Shown piece after piece: positions 1 to 6,817 of a stretch of DNA of 11,191 bases. Positions within the stretch are counted from its first letter, which is position 1, and every line of letters starts with the position of its first letter. Under the pieces are notes generated by a model. The model saw only the letters and a list, made by a program, of their open reading frames with translations, was not told the DNA's origin and searched no databases. The position numbers were made by a program, and so were the translations under genes. Origin of the DNA: Deferrisomatales bacterium (GTDB taxonomy: Bacteria; Desulfobacterota; Deferrisomatia; Deferrisomatales; JACRMM01). The DNA lies in assembly GCA_033551855.1 (NCBI GenBank), contig JAWSUI010000085.1, forward strand, positions 1 through 11,191. The letters run 5' to 3'.

Positions 1-1087
1 ACCAGCCCTTGTACTCGTCGAGGACGAAGGGCACGAGGTTCGTGAGGCTGGCCGACAGCATCGCGGTGAAGGGCTTGTGCTGGGTGACCGAGGACCAGGG
101 CGTCTGGCCCCCGGAGTAGAACCGCAGGAGGACCTGCTCGGCCGTGGAGCTCTTGCCGCAGCCCTTGGGTCCCCAGAGAAGGAGGAAAGGGAACTTGCGG
201 GTGAGGCGCTTCGCCAGACGGGCTTTCCAGGCCAGCGCCCCCATCCAGCCGACCATGGCCGCCGCCTTGCCGGTGGCGGTGAATTCCAGCCCGTGGGCCA
301 TCAGTGTCCGGAAGTCTTCCGGAGAAGGTTTCGGGACATCTCCAGCGGCCCACCGCACGCCGGTTTCCCCGTCACAGTAGTGGATCAGATCCGAGGTCTC
401 GCGGCCCCCTGGGAGGAGCGTCTTGTCGGTCAGGACGAGCGTCCACTCGCCGTCGCGCTCGTTGAGCCCGAGGACCCGGGTGCCCCGCACCGTACGCGCC
501 TGGGACCGGGAGAGGTGGACCATGAGCTGCTGGAGGTGGTTGTCGGTGCCGAACCACCCGAACTCGGTCGTGGGAAGCCGCCGCTTGAACCCCACCCTGG
601 ACTCGCAGGCCTCGGGGGGCAGGGTGACTTCCCGTCGGATACCGCGATCCGGGCAGGCGGTGGTGCCGAGCATCACCTCGCCGTCGCCGTTCAGTTGCAC
701 GCGGCGGTCGATCTCGATGTGACCGGTGAAGATGACGTCGCCGTACTTGGTCTGCTCCCGGGGGTTGTACTGGACCACCTCGGTGCCCCGGCGGGTCTGG
801 ATGACCTGGCCGATGTCTGCGGCGTGGAGTTGCGCGTCGGAAGCGGCCGCGTGCTTGTCAGGAGAAGGAGGGGAGGGCGCTGAACTCTTGGAGACCTGTC
901 GTGAGGCCTCGACTTCCGCTACGATCTCGCGGACGACCTTGGCGGTGACCCCGAAGATCCGGGCGGCCTCTTTCCCGTACTTCTCCCGGGCTGCCGGGCC
1001 CACCCGCAGAAGCAGGGGTGCCACTTCGTCGCGCAGAGTGCGTTCCACTGCGAGGGGGCGGTGGGCCTCTGTGGCGAGCCGCTGCAT
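1..1087 (-). CDS. P-loop NTPase/helicase; probable C-terminal part of a DnaG-like primase-helicase (runs off the window's left edge; 5' end probably disrupted)
   Basis: Not in the ORF track (no stop inside the window). Manual translation from ATG 1087 gives MQRLATEAHRPLAVERTLRDEVAPLLLRVGPAAREKYGKEAARIFGVTAKVVREIV...KFPFLLLWGPKGCGKSSTAEQ...LVPFVLDEYKGW. Walker A GPKGCGKS is at 149-172 and Walker B FVLDE at 14-28. The frame is open upstream to 1264 (alternative GTG at 1156). SAEDLFLWRMQRL...LLLRV...REKY..EAARIFGV resembles the helical bundle that follows TOPRIM in DnaG. Confidence 0.75.
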   Translation of the reverse strand, partial: MQRLATEAHRPLAVERTLRDEVAPLLLRVGPAAREKYGKEAARIFGVTAKVVREIVAEVEASRQVSKSSAPSPPSPDKHAAASDAQLHAADIGQVIQTRRGTEVVQYNPREQTKYGDVIFTGHIEIDRRVQLNGDGEVMLGTTACPDRGIRREVTLPPEACESRVGFKRRLPTTEFGWFGTDNHLQQLMVHLSRSQARTVRGTRVLGLNERDGEWTLVLTDKTLLPGGRETSDLIHYCDGETGVRWAAGDVPKPSPEDFRTLMAHGLEFTATGKAAAMVGWMGALAWKARLAKRLTRKFPFLLLWGPKGCGKSSTAEQVLLRFYSGGQTPWSSVTQHKPFTAMLSASLTNLVPFVLDEYKGW

Positions 1088-1242
1088 CCGCCAGAGGAAG
1101 AGGTCCTCGGCGGACGTTGCGCGACAGGGAAGGCACCAGGGGAAGGAATAAGGCACGTCAAACCGCCTGCCGGGCGGCGGTCCTGGGCGACGGTGAAGTG
1201 CTTGTTTCCATTGTCGAATCGTGACGCCTCCGCTGTCCCACG

Positions 1243-1340
1243 ACTGACCCCTGAGACTGACCCCTCAAATCGGGGGACGGGGCGGCATCGGGGGTTCTCT
1301 CTTGTCCTCTCGGACGCTCTCATTCCTCGCTGGGACGGAC
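1243..1340 (+). repeat. ~98-bp direct repeat, copy 1 (arm-site region of an att end)
   Basis: ACTGACCCCTGAGACTGACCCCTCAAATCGGGGGAC...GGGACGGAC aligns with 3594-3690 with 4 substitutions and 1 indel. Contains TGACCCCTGA (1245) and TGACCCCTCA (1258). Confidence 0.95.
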
Positions 1341-1500
1341 GGTTGATCCCCTGTGGGCGAGGTTCGCGGTTCCAAGGTAGGGCGCCCTCCAGAAAGACCG
1401 CCCTTCGCAGCCGGGCGGGGGCTTGGTGGCGCGTGCCACTCCAACACGCCCCGCTGGGACAGTTCGCGCAGGCAGTTCTCGCAGCGACAATCGAGCACGG

Positions 1501-1542
1501 TATGTCTAGGCTCAGCAGACTTACTGTGCTTTAATTGCAGTC
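1501..1542 (+). promoter_or_regulatory. Putative extended -10 promoter and operator palindrome for the AbiE-1 operon
   Basis: TG-c-TTTAAT at 1527-1535, 7 nt before ATG 1543, with no Shine-Dalgarno. Imperfect inverted repeat TATGTCT-N9-AGACTTA at 1501-1523. AbiEi proteins are known autorepressors. Confidence 0.4.
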
Positions 1543-2184
1543 ATGGAACGGGACCTTAGAGATCAGATCGGCCGAGAAGAGTTCGACTATCCCTCCCTGA
1601 TGTCGGCGCTCGCCTCGTACGCCAACCCCCGGGACAAGGTGACCTCGCTCCTTCGCCGGGGCACGATCGTCCGGGTGAAGAAGGGCCTCTACGTCTTCGG
1701 GGAGGCCCTCCGGCGACGGCCGTACTCCAGGGAGCTCCTGGCGAACCTCATCTACGGGCCGTCGTTCGTATCCCTGGACTACGCACTGGCCTTCCACGGG
1801 CTCATCCCGGAACGGGTCGAAACAGTCACGTCCGTCACGCCGAAGCGAGGCCGCGCGTTCCGCACCCCCGTGGGGGCCTTCGTGTACCGGCAGGTGTCCG
1901 AGGCGTACTTCCCCCTGGGCATGGACAGGGTCGAGCAGGGCGACGTGGCCTTTCTGATCGCCGTGCCGGAGCGGGCTCTGGCCGACAAGGTGCGCGACGA
2001 CCGAGGGAACCCGCTTCGGTCGTTGGCCGACGCGGCGGCTTATCTCTTCGAGAATCTGCGGCTCGATCCGGAGGCAGCGGCTGTCATGGACGCGGCGCTC
2101 TTGGAGGAGCTCGCGGAGGCCGCGGGTTCCCAGAAGGTCGCGCTGTGCGCCCGTGTGCTGCGGCGGCTGGAGAGTGGCCGATGA
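1543..2184 (+). CDS. AbiEi-like type IV toxin-antitoxin antitoxin / transcriptional regulator (213 aa)
   Basis: N-terminal wHTH signature (LLRRGTIVRVKKGLYVF), then PSFVSLDYALAFHGLIPERV..VTSVT and IAVPERALAD, typical of AbiEi-like antitoxins. ATGA overlap with the downstream nucleotidyltransferase. Confidence 0.85.
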   Translation: MERDLRDQIGREEFDYPSLMSALASYANPRDKVTSLLRRGTIVRVKKGLYVFGEALRRRPYSRELLANLIYGPSFVSLDYALAFHGLIPERVETVTSVTPKRGRAFRTPVGAFVYRQVSEAYFPLGMDRVEQGDVAFLIAVPERALADKVRDDRGNPLRSLADAAAYLFENLRLDPEAAAVMDAALLEELAEAAGSQKVALCARVLRRLESGR

Positions 2185-3047
2185 ACCCCGCGGTCGCCGC
2201 CATGCTTCGGAAGTACGAGCGCCGCAGCGTAGACGACCACGTCAACGCCCTGCGGGAGATCTTCCAGGAGATCGCCCTGTGCGGTCTGTGGCGGGGTAAG
2301 TTCTTCGAGAGGGCTGCCTTCTACGGCGGCACCGCGCTGCGGGTTCTCTATGGCTTGGACCGGTTCAGCGAGGACATGGACTTCTCCCTCCTGACGCCGG
2401 ACCCGCACTTCGACCTGGGCCCGTACTGCGCGATGATGATGAGGGAGCTTCGCGCTTGGGGCTTCTCGACGCGGGTGGAGAAGAAGGAGAAGAGCGCGGA
2501 GAGCGCGGTGGGGTCGGCGTTCCTCAAGGCGAACACGGCCGAGCAGTTGCTCCTCATCGAGGCGGGGGAGGAGATCGCGGGGGCGATCCACCGGGGCCAG
2601 AATCTCAGGATCAAGGTGGAGGTGGACACCGATCCGCCTCCTGGATTTTCCACCGAAGCCAAGTTCCTGCTCCTGCCGGTGCCGTTCTCGGTGCGGGTCT
2701 TCGACCTGCCCAGTCTCTTCGCGGGCAAGATGCACGCGCTCCTCTGTCGCGGGTGGAAGACGAGGGTCAAGGGGCGCGACTGGTACGACCTGGTCTGGTA
2801 CGCGTCCCGAGGGACGGAGCTCGACCTCGCCCACCTGGAAGCCCGCATGCGCCAGAGCGGCCACTACAAGGGGAATGACTCCCTCGATGAGGGCACCTTC
2901 CGGCCACTCCTAGCCGAGAAGATCGACCGGCTGGACGTGGCGAGGGCTCGCGCCGACGTGGAGCGCTTCCTCGTGGACCCCTCGTCGGTCGAGATCTGGT
3001 CCCGGGAGTTCTTCCACGCGGTAGGCGAGAAGATCGCTGTCCGGTGA
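2181..3047 (+). CDS. AbiEii/AbiGii-family nucleotidyltransferase toxin (DUF1814-like), 288 aa
   Basis: Motifs AFYGGTALRVLYGLDRFSEDMDF, IKVEVD, AGKMHALLCR and KGRDWYD. The start ATG at 2181 overlaps the antitoxin's TGA. Confidence 0.9.
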   Translation: MNPAVAAMLRKYERRSVDDHVNALREIFQEIALCGLWRGKFFERAAFYGGTALRVLYGLDRFSEDMDFSLLTPDPHFDLGPYCAMMMRELRAWGFSTRVEKKEKSAESAVGSAFLKANTAEQLLLIEAGEEIAGAIHRGQNLRIKVEVDTDPPPGFSTEAKFLLLPVPFSVRVFDLPSLFAGKMHALLCRGWKTRVKGRDWYDLVWYASRGTELDLAHLEARMRQSGHYKGNDSLDEGTFRPLLAEKIDRLDVARARADVERFLVDPSSVEIWSREFFHAVGEKIAVR

Positions 3048-3267
3048 AGGATCCCTCTTCCTGAGCGGTGGAGCGACAGGGCAAGGGAAGCACGCGAGTC
3101 CCTGTGGGGGGCACCGCAAGCCGACCATGGCGGTCCGCCCTTGGGCTGCCGGGGAAGCCCATCGACGTCGGCAGGAGGACCCTCGGGGAGAGGGGAGGAT
3201 CCCTGCAGCCGCTGAGGAGGGTACCGTGTCCGTGACACACCGACCCCAGAGAGGGCCCCTTACCGCC

Positions 3268-3420
3268 TTGACGGGGGAAGATGGTGTCCGGGAGCAACTG
3301 AGGCGGGCCCTCGCCGACTGCGAGCGGTTGCGGTGGGAGAACGACCACCTGAAGGCCGAGTTGGCTTTCCATGTCACCCCAAGTGTCACCCCGATGGTGC
3401 CGTCTCGTGCCGGCAAGTGA
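3268..3420 (+). pseudogene. Possible 5' remnant of a gene with an N-terminal coiled coil, cut off at the arm repeats
   Basis: From TTG 3268: ..GVREQLRRALADCERLRWENDHLKAELAFH, a heptad-like helix, then read-through into the repeats (VTPSVTP) and a stop. Confidence 0.25.
3372..3392 (+). repeat. Tandem TGTCACCCC x2 (12-bp period), putative integrase arm-type sites left of the core
   Basis: TGTCACCCC-AAG-TGTCACCCC. It has the same 12-bp period and ACCCC core as the TGACCCC pairs right of the tRNA fragment. Confidence 0.6.
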
Positions 3421-3512
3421 GGCCACAGCCATGGCGAGTACGGCGCATAAGAATTTGAAAACGTTGATCTTTCGCCACGTTTCGCGGGAAAGCAATTGCG
3501 GCTTTTTTCGCC

Positions 3513-3535
3513 TTCGAATCCCGTTTCCCGCTCCA
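3513..3535 (+). mobile_element. att core: 3' end of a tRNA-Gly (T-loop to CCA)
   Basis: TTCGAATCCCGTTTCCCGCTCCA = T-loop TTCGAAT, 3' T-stem strand, acceptor strand TTCCCGC, discriminator T and CCA, as in bacterial tRNA-Gly starting GCGGGAA. The 5' T-stem strand, D arm and anticodon arm are absent. It lies in an AT-richer patch ~300 bp from the integrase stop. Confidence 0.85.
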
Positions 3536-3593
3536 CGAAAAAATGCTCTGATTTCAAGAGCTTAGGTTCCATTCAGACCCCCGGTTTTGCCGC

Positions 3594-3690
3594 ACTGACC
3601 CCTGAACTGACCCCTCAAATCGGGGGACCGGGCGGCATCGGGGGTTCTCTTTTGTCCTCTCGGACGCTCTCATCCCTCGCCGGGACGGAC
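3594..3690 (+). repeat. ~97-bp direct repeat, copy 2 (arm-site region)
   Basis: Matches 1243-1340. TGACCCCTGA at 3596 and TGACCCCTCA at 3608. Confidence 0.95.
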
Positions 3691-3770
3691 CGCTTTCCCG
3701 TTTCCAGCACCACGAGAAACGCTGTGATGCCGATGGGTTGGGCCCACAAAGGCCCACGTTTTCGGGGCAC

Positions 3771-3811
3771 TGACCCCTGAAATGACCCCTGAAACGGGGG
3801 GTGACCCCCGA
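3771..3811 (+). repeat. TGACCCC(T/C)GA x3, putative arm-type sites next to the integrase stop
   Basis: TGACCCCTGA at 3771 and 3783 (12-bp period) and TGACCCCCGA at 3802. Confidence 0.75.
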
Positions 3812-3828
3812 CGCGGTTCGTTTCCGGG

Positions 3829-5073
3829 TCACCGGAAGTCCTCCCCCAGGTACCCGCGGATCGCTTCGGCGTCCTGCTCCACCCCCTCCACGTAGTCGCC
3901 GTACACCTCGTAGATCATCTGCTTCGAGCCGTGCCCCATGAGGCGCACGAGGCGGGTGGGGTGGACCCCCACCACCAGGCACCACACCGCGTAGGTGTGC
4001 CGGGTGGTGTAGGGCTTCCGCTCCGGGAGGCCCGCCCGCTTCAGGGCGTGGCGCCACCAGGTCCAGTACACCCGGGCGGCGAAGGGCTCCCCCTCCGGCC
4101 GGGTGACCAGGTGCTCGCCGTCGGTCCGGTCCTCGAGCACGGCGAGGCGCTCCCGGAGCGCGGCGGTGAGCGGGAGCTCCCGGGCCCGGTAGGCGGTCTT
4201 GAGCTGCTCGCTCTCGACCCCGTTGACGATCTTGTTGCGCACCCGGATGCGGTCGGGAAGCACGTCGCGCCGCCGGAGCCCGGCGAGCTCCGAGGCGCTC
4301 ATCCCCGTCATGATCATGATCTCGGTGATGGGCCGGTTCCACTCGTCCATCGCCTCGACCAGCGCCGTCCACTCCGCGAACCGGAACGGCTGGGGCGGGT
4401 CCTTGCGCTTCTGGGGCAAGATCCGGCCGTACCGGACCCGGTGCTGGGCGTAGCCGAAGGGGTCCGACAGCGTCCACTGGTAGTCCGCGCAGGCCTCCCG
4501 GTAGATGATCCGGAGCGGGATCAGGATGTTGTTGATCCGCGCCCGGGAGAGCCCCTTCGCCACGAGGTCCATCACCAGCTGGACCACCAGGGGGCCCGTG
4601 ATCGCGTCGAAGGTGAGGGCTTCGAAGCGCGGCCGCAGATGCATGCGGAGGATGGTGCGGTAGTCCCGGCGCTTGGTCGGGCTGGGGTCCCGCGCCAACA
4701 TCGTCTCCTGCCATCGGTCCGCGTACTCCCCGAAGGTGACGTCCCGCGGCTCCTGCCGGTACTCCCGGCCCTCCAGCCGCGCGAAGAGCTCCTTCTTCTC
4801 TCTGTTGGCTCCCGGAAACGCTTCCTCGAACCGGAAGGTTCCCGCCTTGATTCCTTCTCCCACCCGGTCCAGGAAGGCCCTGAGCTTTCGTTCGTTCGCC
4901 GGGGTGCCCTCCAGGCCGGTCGCCTCGTTCACGATCTGTCCGAGGTAGGGAAACCGGACGTAGAGCCTCGTCGAGTTCTTCCGGCGCCGGACCGCGCCGA
5001 ACGGGCGGGGTTTCAGCTCCTCTTCTTCCAGGAACCGGCCTAGGTCGATGACCTGTGCCTTGCGTTGTGCCAT
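3829..5073 (-). CDS. Tyrosine recombinase/integrase with N-terminal arm-DNA-binding domain (DUF3596-like), 414 aa
   Basis: N-terminus LYVRFPYLG....EATGLEGTPANERK..FRFEEAFP; core-binding region TFGEYADRW...DY..IL..HL.P.F; catalytic region TGMSASELAGL, LKT, PYTTRHTYA, LMGH and MIYEVYGDY. ATG 5073 is preceded by GGAAGGA; the ORF track start at 5163 is less likely. Confidence 0.92.
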   Translation of the reverse strand: MAQRKAQVIDLGRFLEEEELKPRPFGAVRRRKNSTRLYVRFPYLGQIVNEATGLEGTPANERKLRAFLDRVGEGIKAGTFRFEEAFPGANREKKELFARLEGREYRQEPRDVTFGEYADRWQETMLARDPSPTKRRDYRTILRMHLRPRFEALTFDAITGPLVVQLVMDLVAKGLSRARINNILIPLRIIYREACADYQWTLSDPFGYAQHRVRYGRILPQKRKDPPQPFRFAEWTALVEAMDEWNRPITEIMIMTGMSASELAGLRRRDVLPDRIRVRNKIVNGVESEQLKTAYRARELPLTAALRERLAVLEDRTDGEHLVTRPEGEPFAARVYWTWWRHALKRAGLPERKPYTTRHTYAVWCLVVGVHPTRLVRLMGHGSKQMIYEVYGDYVEGVEQDAEAIRGYLGEDFR

Positions 5074-5149
5074 TCGTCTATCCTTCCCGCATGTCGCACC
5101 TCCCTTCCGGCCGTTGCGTGTGGGTCCGGAATGGAGGGTACCCGACGGG

Positions 5150-5458
5150 TCAGGCCTGCTCAAGGCCCCAGTCCAGGTTGACGCCGACGGTCCCGCTCCG
5201 GGTCCCGCGCCGGTGGGCTCGGGGAGGGGGAGGCGGAGAGGACGATTGGGCCGCGGCGCGCCGCTCGCGGCGGGCCCGGGCCTCCTCCAGGGGGGCTTCG
5301 AGACATTGAGGAAAGGGGAAGCGAAGGGCCCGGCCCAGCCGGACGTAGTGCACCCCCTCCCGGAGTCGCCCTTCCTTCATCCACTGGAAGACCGTGGAAT
5401 CGCCGATCTGGGCGCGGTCGGCGAACTCCGAGAGCTTGAGGTAACGTTCCACGGCCAT
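5150..5458 (-). CDS. Excisionase-like helix-turn-helix protein (102 aa)
   Basis: MAVERYLKLSEFADRAQIGDSTVFQWMKEGRLREGVHYVRLGRALRF fits a MerR/Xis-type wHTH. AGGGGGA lies before ATG 5458, and the gene is directly upstream of the integrase. Confidence 0.8.
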   Translation of the reverse strand: MAVERYLKLSEFADRAQIGDSTVFQWMKEGRLREGVHYVRLGRALRFPFPQCLEAPLEEARARRERRAAAQSSSPPPPPRAHRRGTRSGTVGVNLDWGLEQA

Positions 5459-5468
5459 GGTCGTCCCC

Positions 5469-6626
5469 CTACCGGGTGCCGTCTGCGCTGACGGTCGCCC
5501 CGGTTGGTCGACCGGCGCTCGGCGGTCGCCACCGAAGCAGGCTGTCCGGGTCCTCGCCATCGGGGAGCATCACCACCCGGGCCTGGAGGCCTGCGGTCAG
5601 GCAGACCGGCAAGGCCCGGGTCAGGGCCTTCTCGCCGGCATCGTCGGCGTCCAGGAGGAAGATCACCTCCCGTGCGCCGGCCGCGAGGAGGAGCTTCGCC
5701 TGAGCCTCGGAGAAGGCCGTGCCGCCCAGGGCCACGGCGTGGGGCAGCCCGGCCAGGTGCAGGCGAACCGCGTCCAAGGGCCCCTCGACGATCCAGGCGA
5801 AGCCGGCCTTTCGGATGGACTCCCGGGCCTCGAAGAATCCGAACAGCGTCTCCCGCTTCGCGTACACGCCGGGGACCTTCCCCGGGTTCAGGTACTTGGG
5901 ATCGGCGGCCCGGCCGTCCTCGTCGGGGACACTGCGGCCCACGTGGGCGACGATTCGGCCCCGCCGGTCGCGCATCGGGAAGGTAAGGCGGTTTCTCTGG
6001 AACTCGTATGCTGGGCGGCCTTCTTTGCCGGGGCGGAGGAGGTAGGCGTCGAGCAGGAGGTCCTCGGCGAAGCCCCGGCCCTGGAGCCACCGGGTAAGCC
6101 CGCCGGTCCCCGGAGCGTAGCCGATCCCCCAGGGCCCTACGGCCTCTTCCAACTCGCGCTCGTCCAAGTAGGCCCGAGCCCGAGCCGCCGTGGGGAGGTC
6201 GGCATGGAGCGCCTTGGCGAAGTACTCCTGGGCCGCTTCCAGGGCCCGGAGGATCTCCTCACGGCGGTCTTTCTCCGCTCGGAGCTGGGTAGGGTCGACG
6301 TGCGCCGCGGACACGTCCACGCCCGCGGCCGTCGCGAGCTCCCGTACCGTCTCGGCGAAGCCGAGTCCGATCTTCTCCCGCACGAAGGCGATGGCGTCCC
6401 AGGTTCGGGCGCAGGTGCCGAAGCACTCGAATCGCGGCGCGCCGACCTGGGGCTCCTGGTAGGCCACGAAGGAGGGCGTGTCCTCCTCGTGGAACGGGCA
6501 ACGGGCGCGGGGCAGTCCGCTGCCGGGGACCCAGCGCACGCCGTGACGCTCACCCAGCGCCACGAGGTCGACCCGCCGTTTCAGGGCTTCGAGGTCGATC
6601 CCGGAGCGAGACACGTCGCCGGTCAC
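5469..6626 (-). CDS. DnaG-like DNA primase (CHC2 zinc finger + catalytic core + TOPRIM), lacking the C-terminal domains
   Basis: CPFHEEDTPSF..FECFGTC zinc finger; RNRLTFPMRDRRGRIVAHVGR; PKYLN; IVEGPLDAV; ALGGTAF; LDADDAG; LPDGEDPDSLLR, then 20 unrecognisable residues and a stop. GTG 6626 overlaps the upstream gene's TGA. Confidence 0.9.
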   Translation of the reverse strand: MTGDVSRSGIDLEALKRRVDLVALGERHGVRWVPGSGLPRARCPFHEEDTPSFVAYQEPQVGAPRFECFGTCARTWDAIAFVREKIGLGFAETVRELATAAGVDVSAAHVDPTQLRAEKDRREEILRALEAAQEYFAKALHADLPTAARARAYLDERELEEAVGPWGIGYAPGTGGLTRWLQGRGFAEDLLLDAYLLRPGKEGRPAYEFQRNRLTFPMRDRRGRIVAHVGRSVPDEDGRAADPKYLNPGKVPGVYAKRETLFGFFEARESIRKAGFAWIVEGPLDAVRLHLAGLPHAVALGGTAFSEAQAKLLLAAGAREVIFLLDADDAGEKALTRALPVCLTAGLQARVVMLPDGEDPDSLLRWRPPSAGRPTGATVSADGTR

Positions 6627-6817
6627 CGCCGGTTGCCCCCGAGCCGGGGAAGTTGGTCGATCCACCGGTCCAGGTCCCGCTGGTCCACGAGGACCTTCCT
6701 CCCGTGCCGGATGTACCGGAAGGGAAGATCGCCCCGGGAGATTCGGTTCCTCAGAGTCCCGGGAGCGTGGCCGATGTACTCGGCAGCCTCCGGGATCGAC
6801 AGCAGCCTCTTGCCCAT
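6623..6817 (-). CDS. Excisionase-like / AlpA-type HTH DNA-binding protein (64 aa)
   Basis: MGKRLLSIPEAAEYIGHAPGTLRNRISRGDLPFRYIRHGRKVLVDQRDLDRWID. AAGGAG RBS before ATG 6817; translationally coupled to the primase. Confidence 0.88.
   Translation of the reverse strand: MGKRLLSIPEAAEYIGHAPGTLRNRISRGDLPFRYIRHGRKVLVDQRDLDRWIDQLPRLGGNRR

Noticed and set aside
1265..1498. Small ORFs around the repeat (e.g. 77 aa minus with CRCENC)
   Set aside because: They run through the non-coding repeat, have no recognisable RBS and show no family resemblance.
3484..3535. Intact tRNA-Gly gene
   Set aside because: Only 52 nt, with no D arm or anticodon arm, and the 5' T-stem strand (TCGCC) cannot pair with CCCGT.
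1243..3811. CRISPR array or iterons from the TGACCCC repeats
   Set aside because: The units are ~10 bp, in pairs with a 12-13-bp period and no spacers or cas genes. Their position beside an integrase fits arm sites better.
1106..5527. Target-site duplications at the primase break (CTCGGCGG 1106/5518; CGGCGGTC 1175/5520)
   Set aside because: 8-bp GC-rich matches are expected by chance here. The first joins out of frame and the second gives an implausible linker.
5492..5532. GGTCG(C/A)C repeats near the primase break as degenerate arm sites
   Set aside because: Too short, irregularly spaced and too divergent from TGACCCC/TCACCCC to support.
5469..6626. Chromosomal housekeeping dnaG
   Set aside because: No rpsU/rpoD context, no DnaB-binding C-terminus, and it is flanked by Xis-like genes and an integrase.
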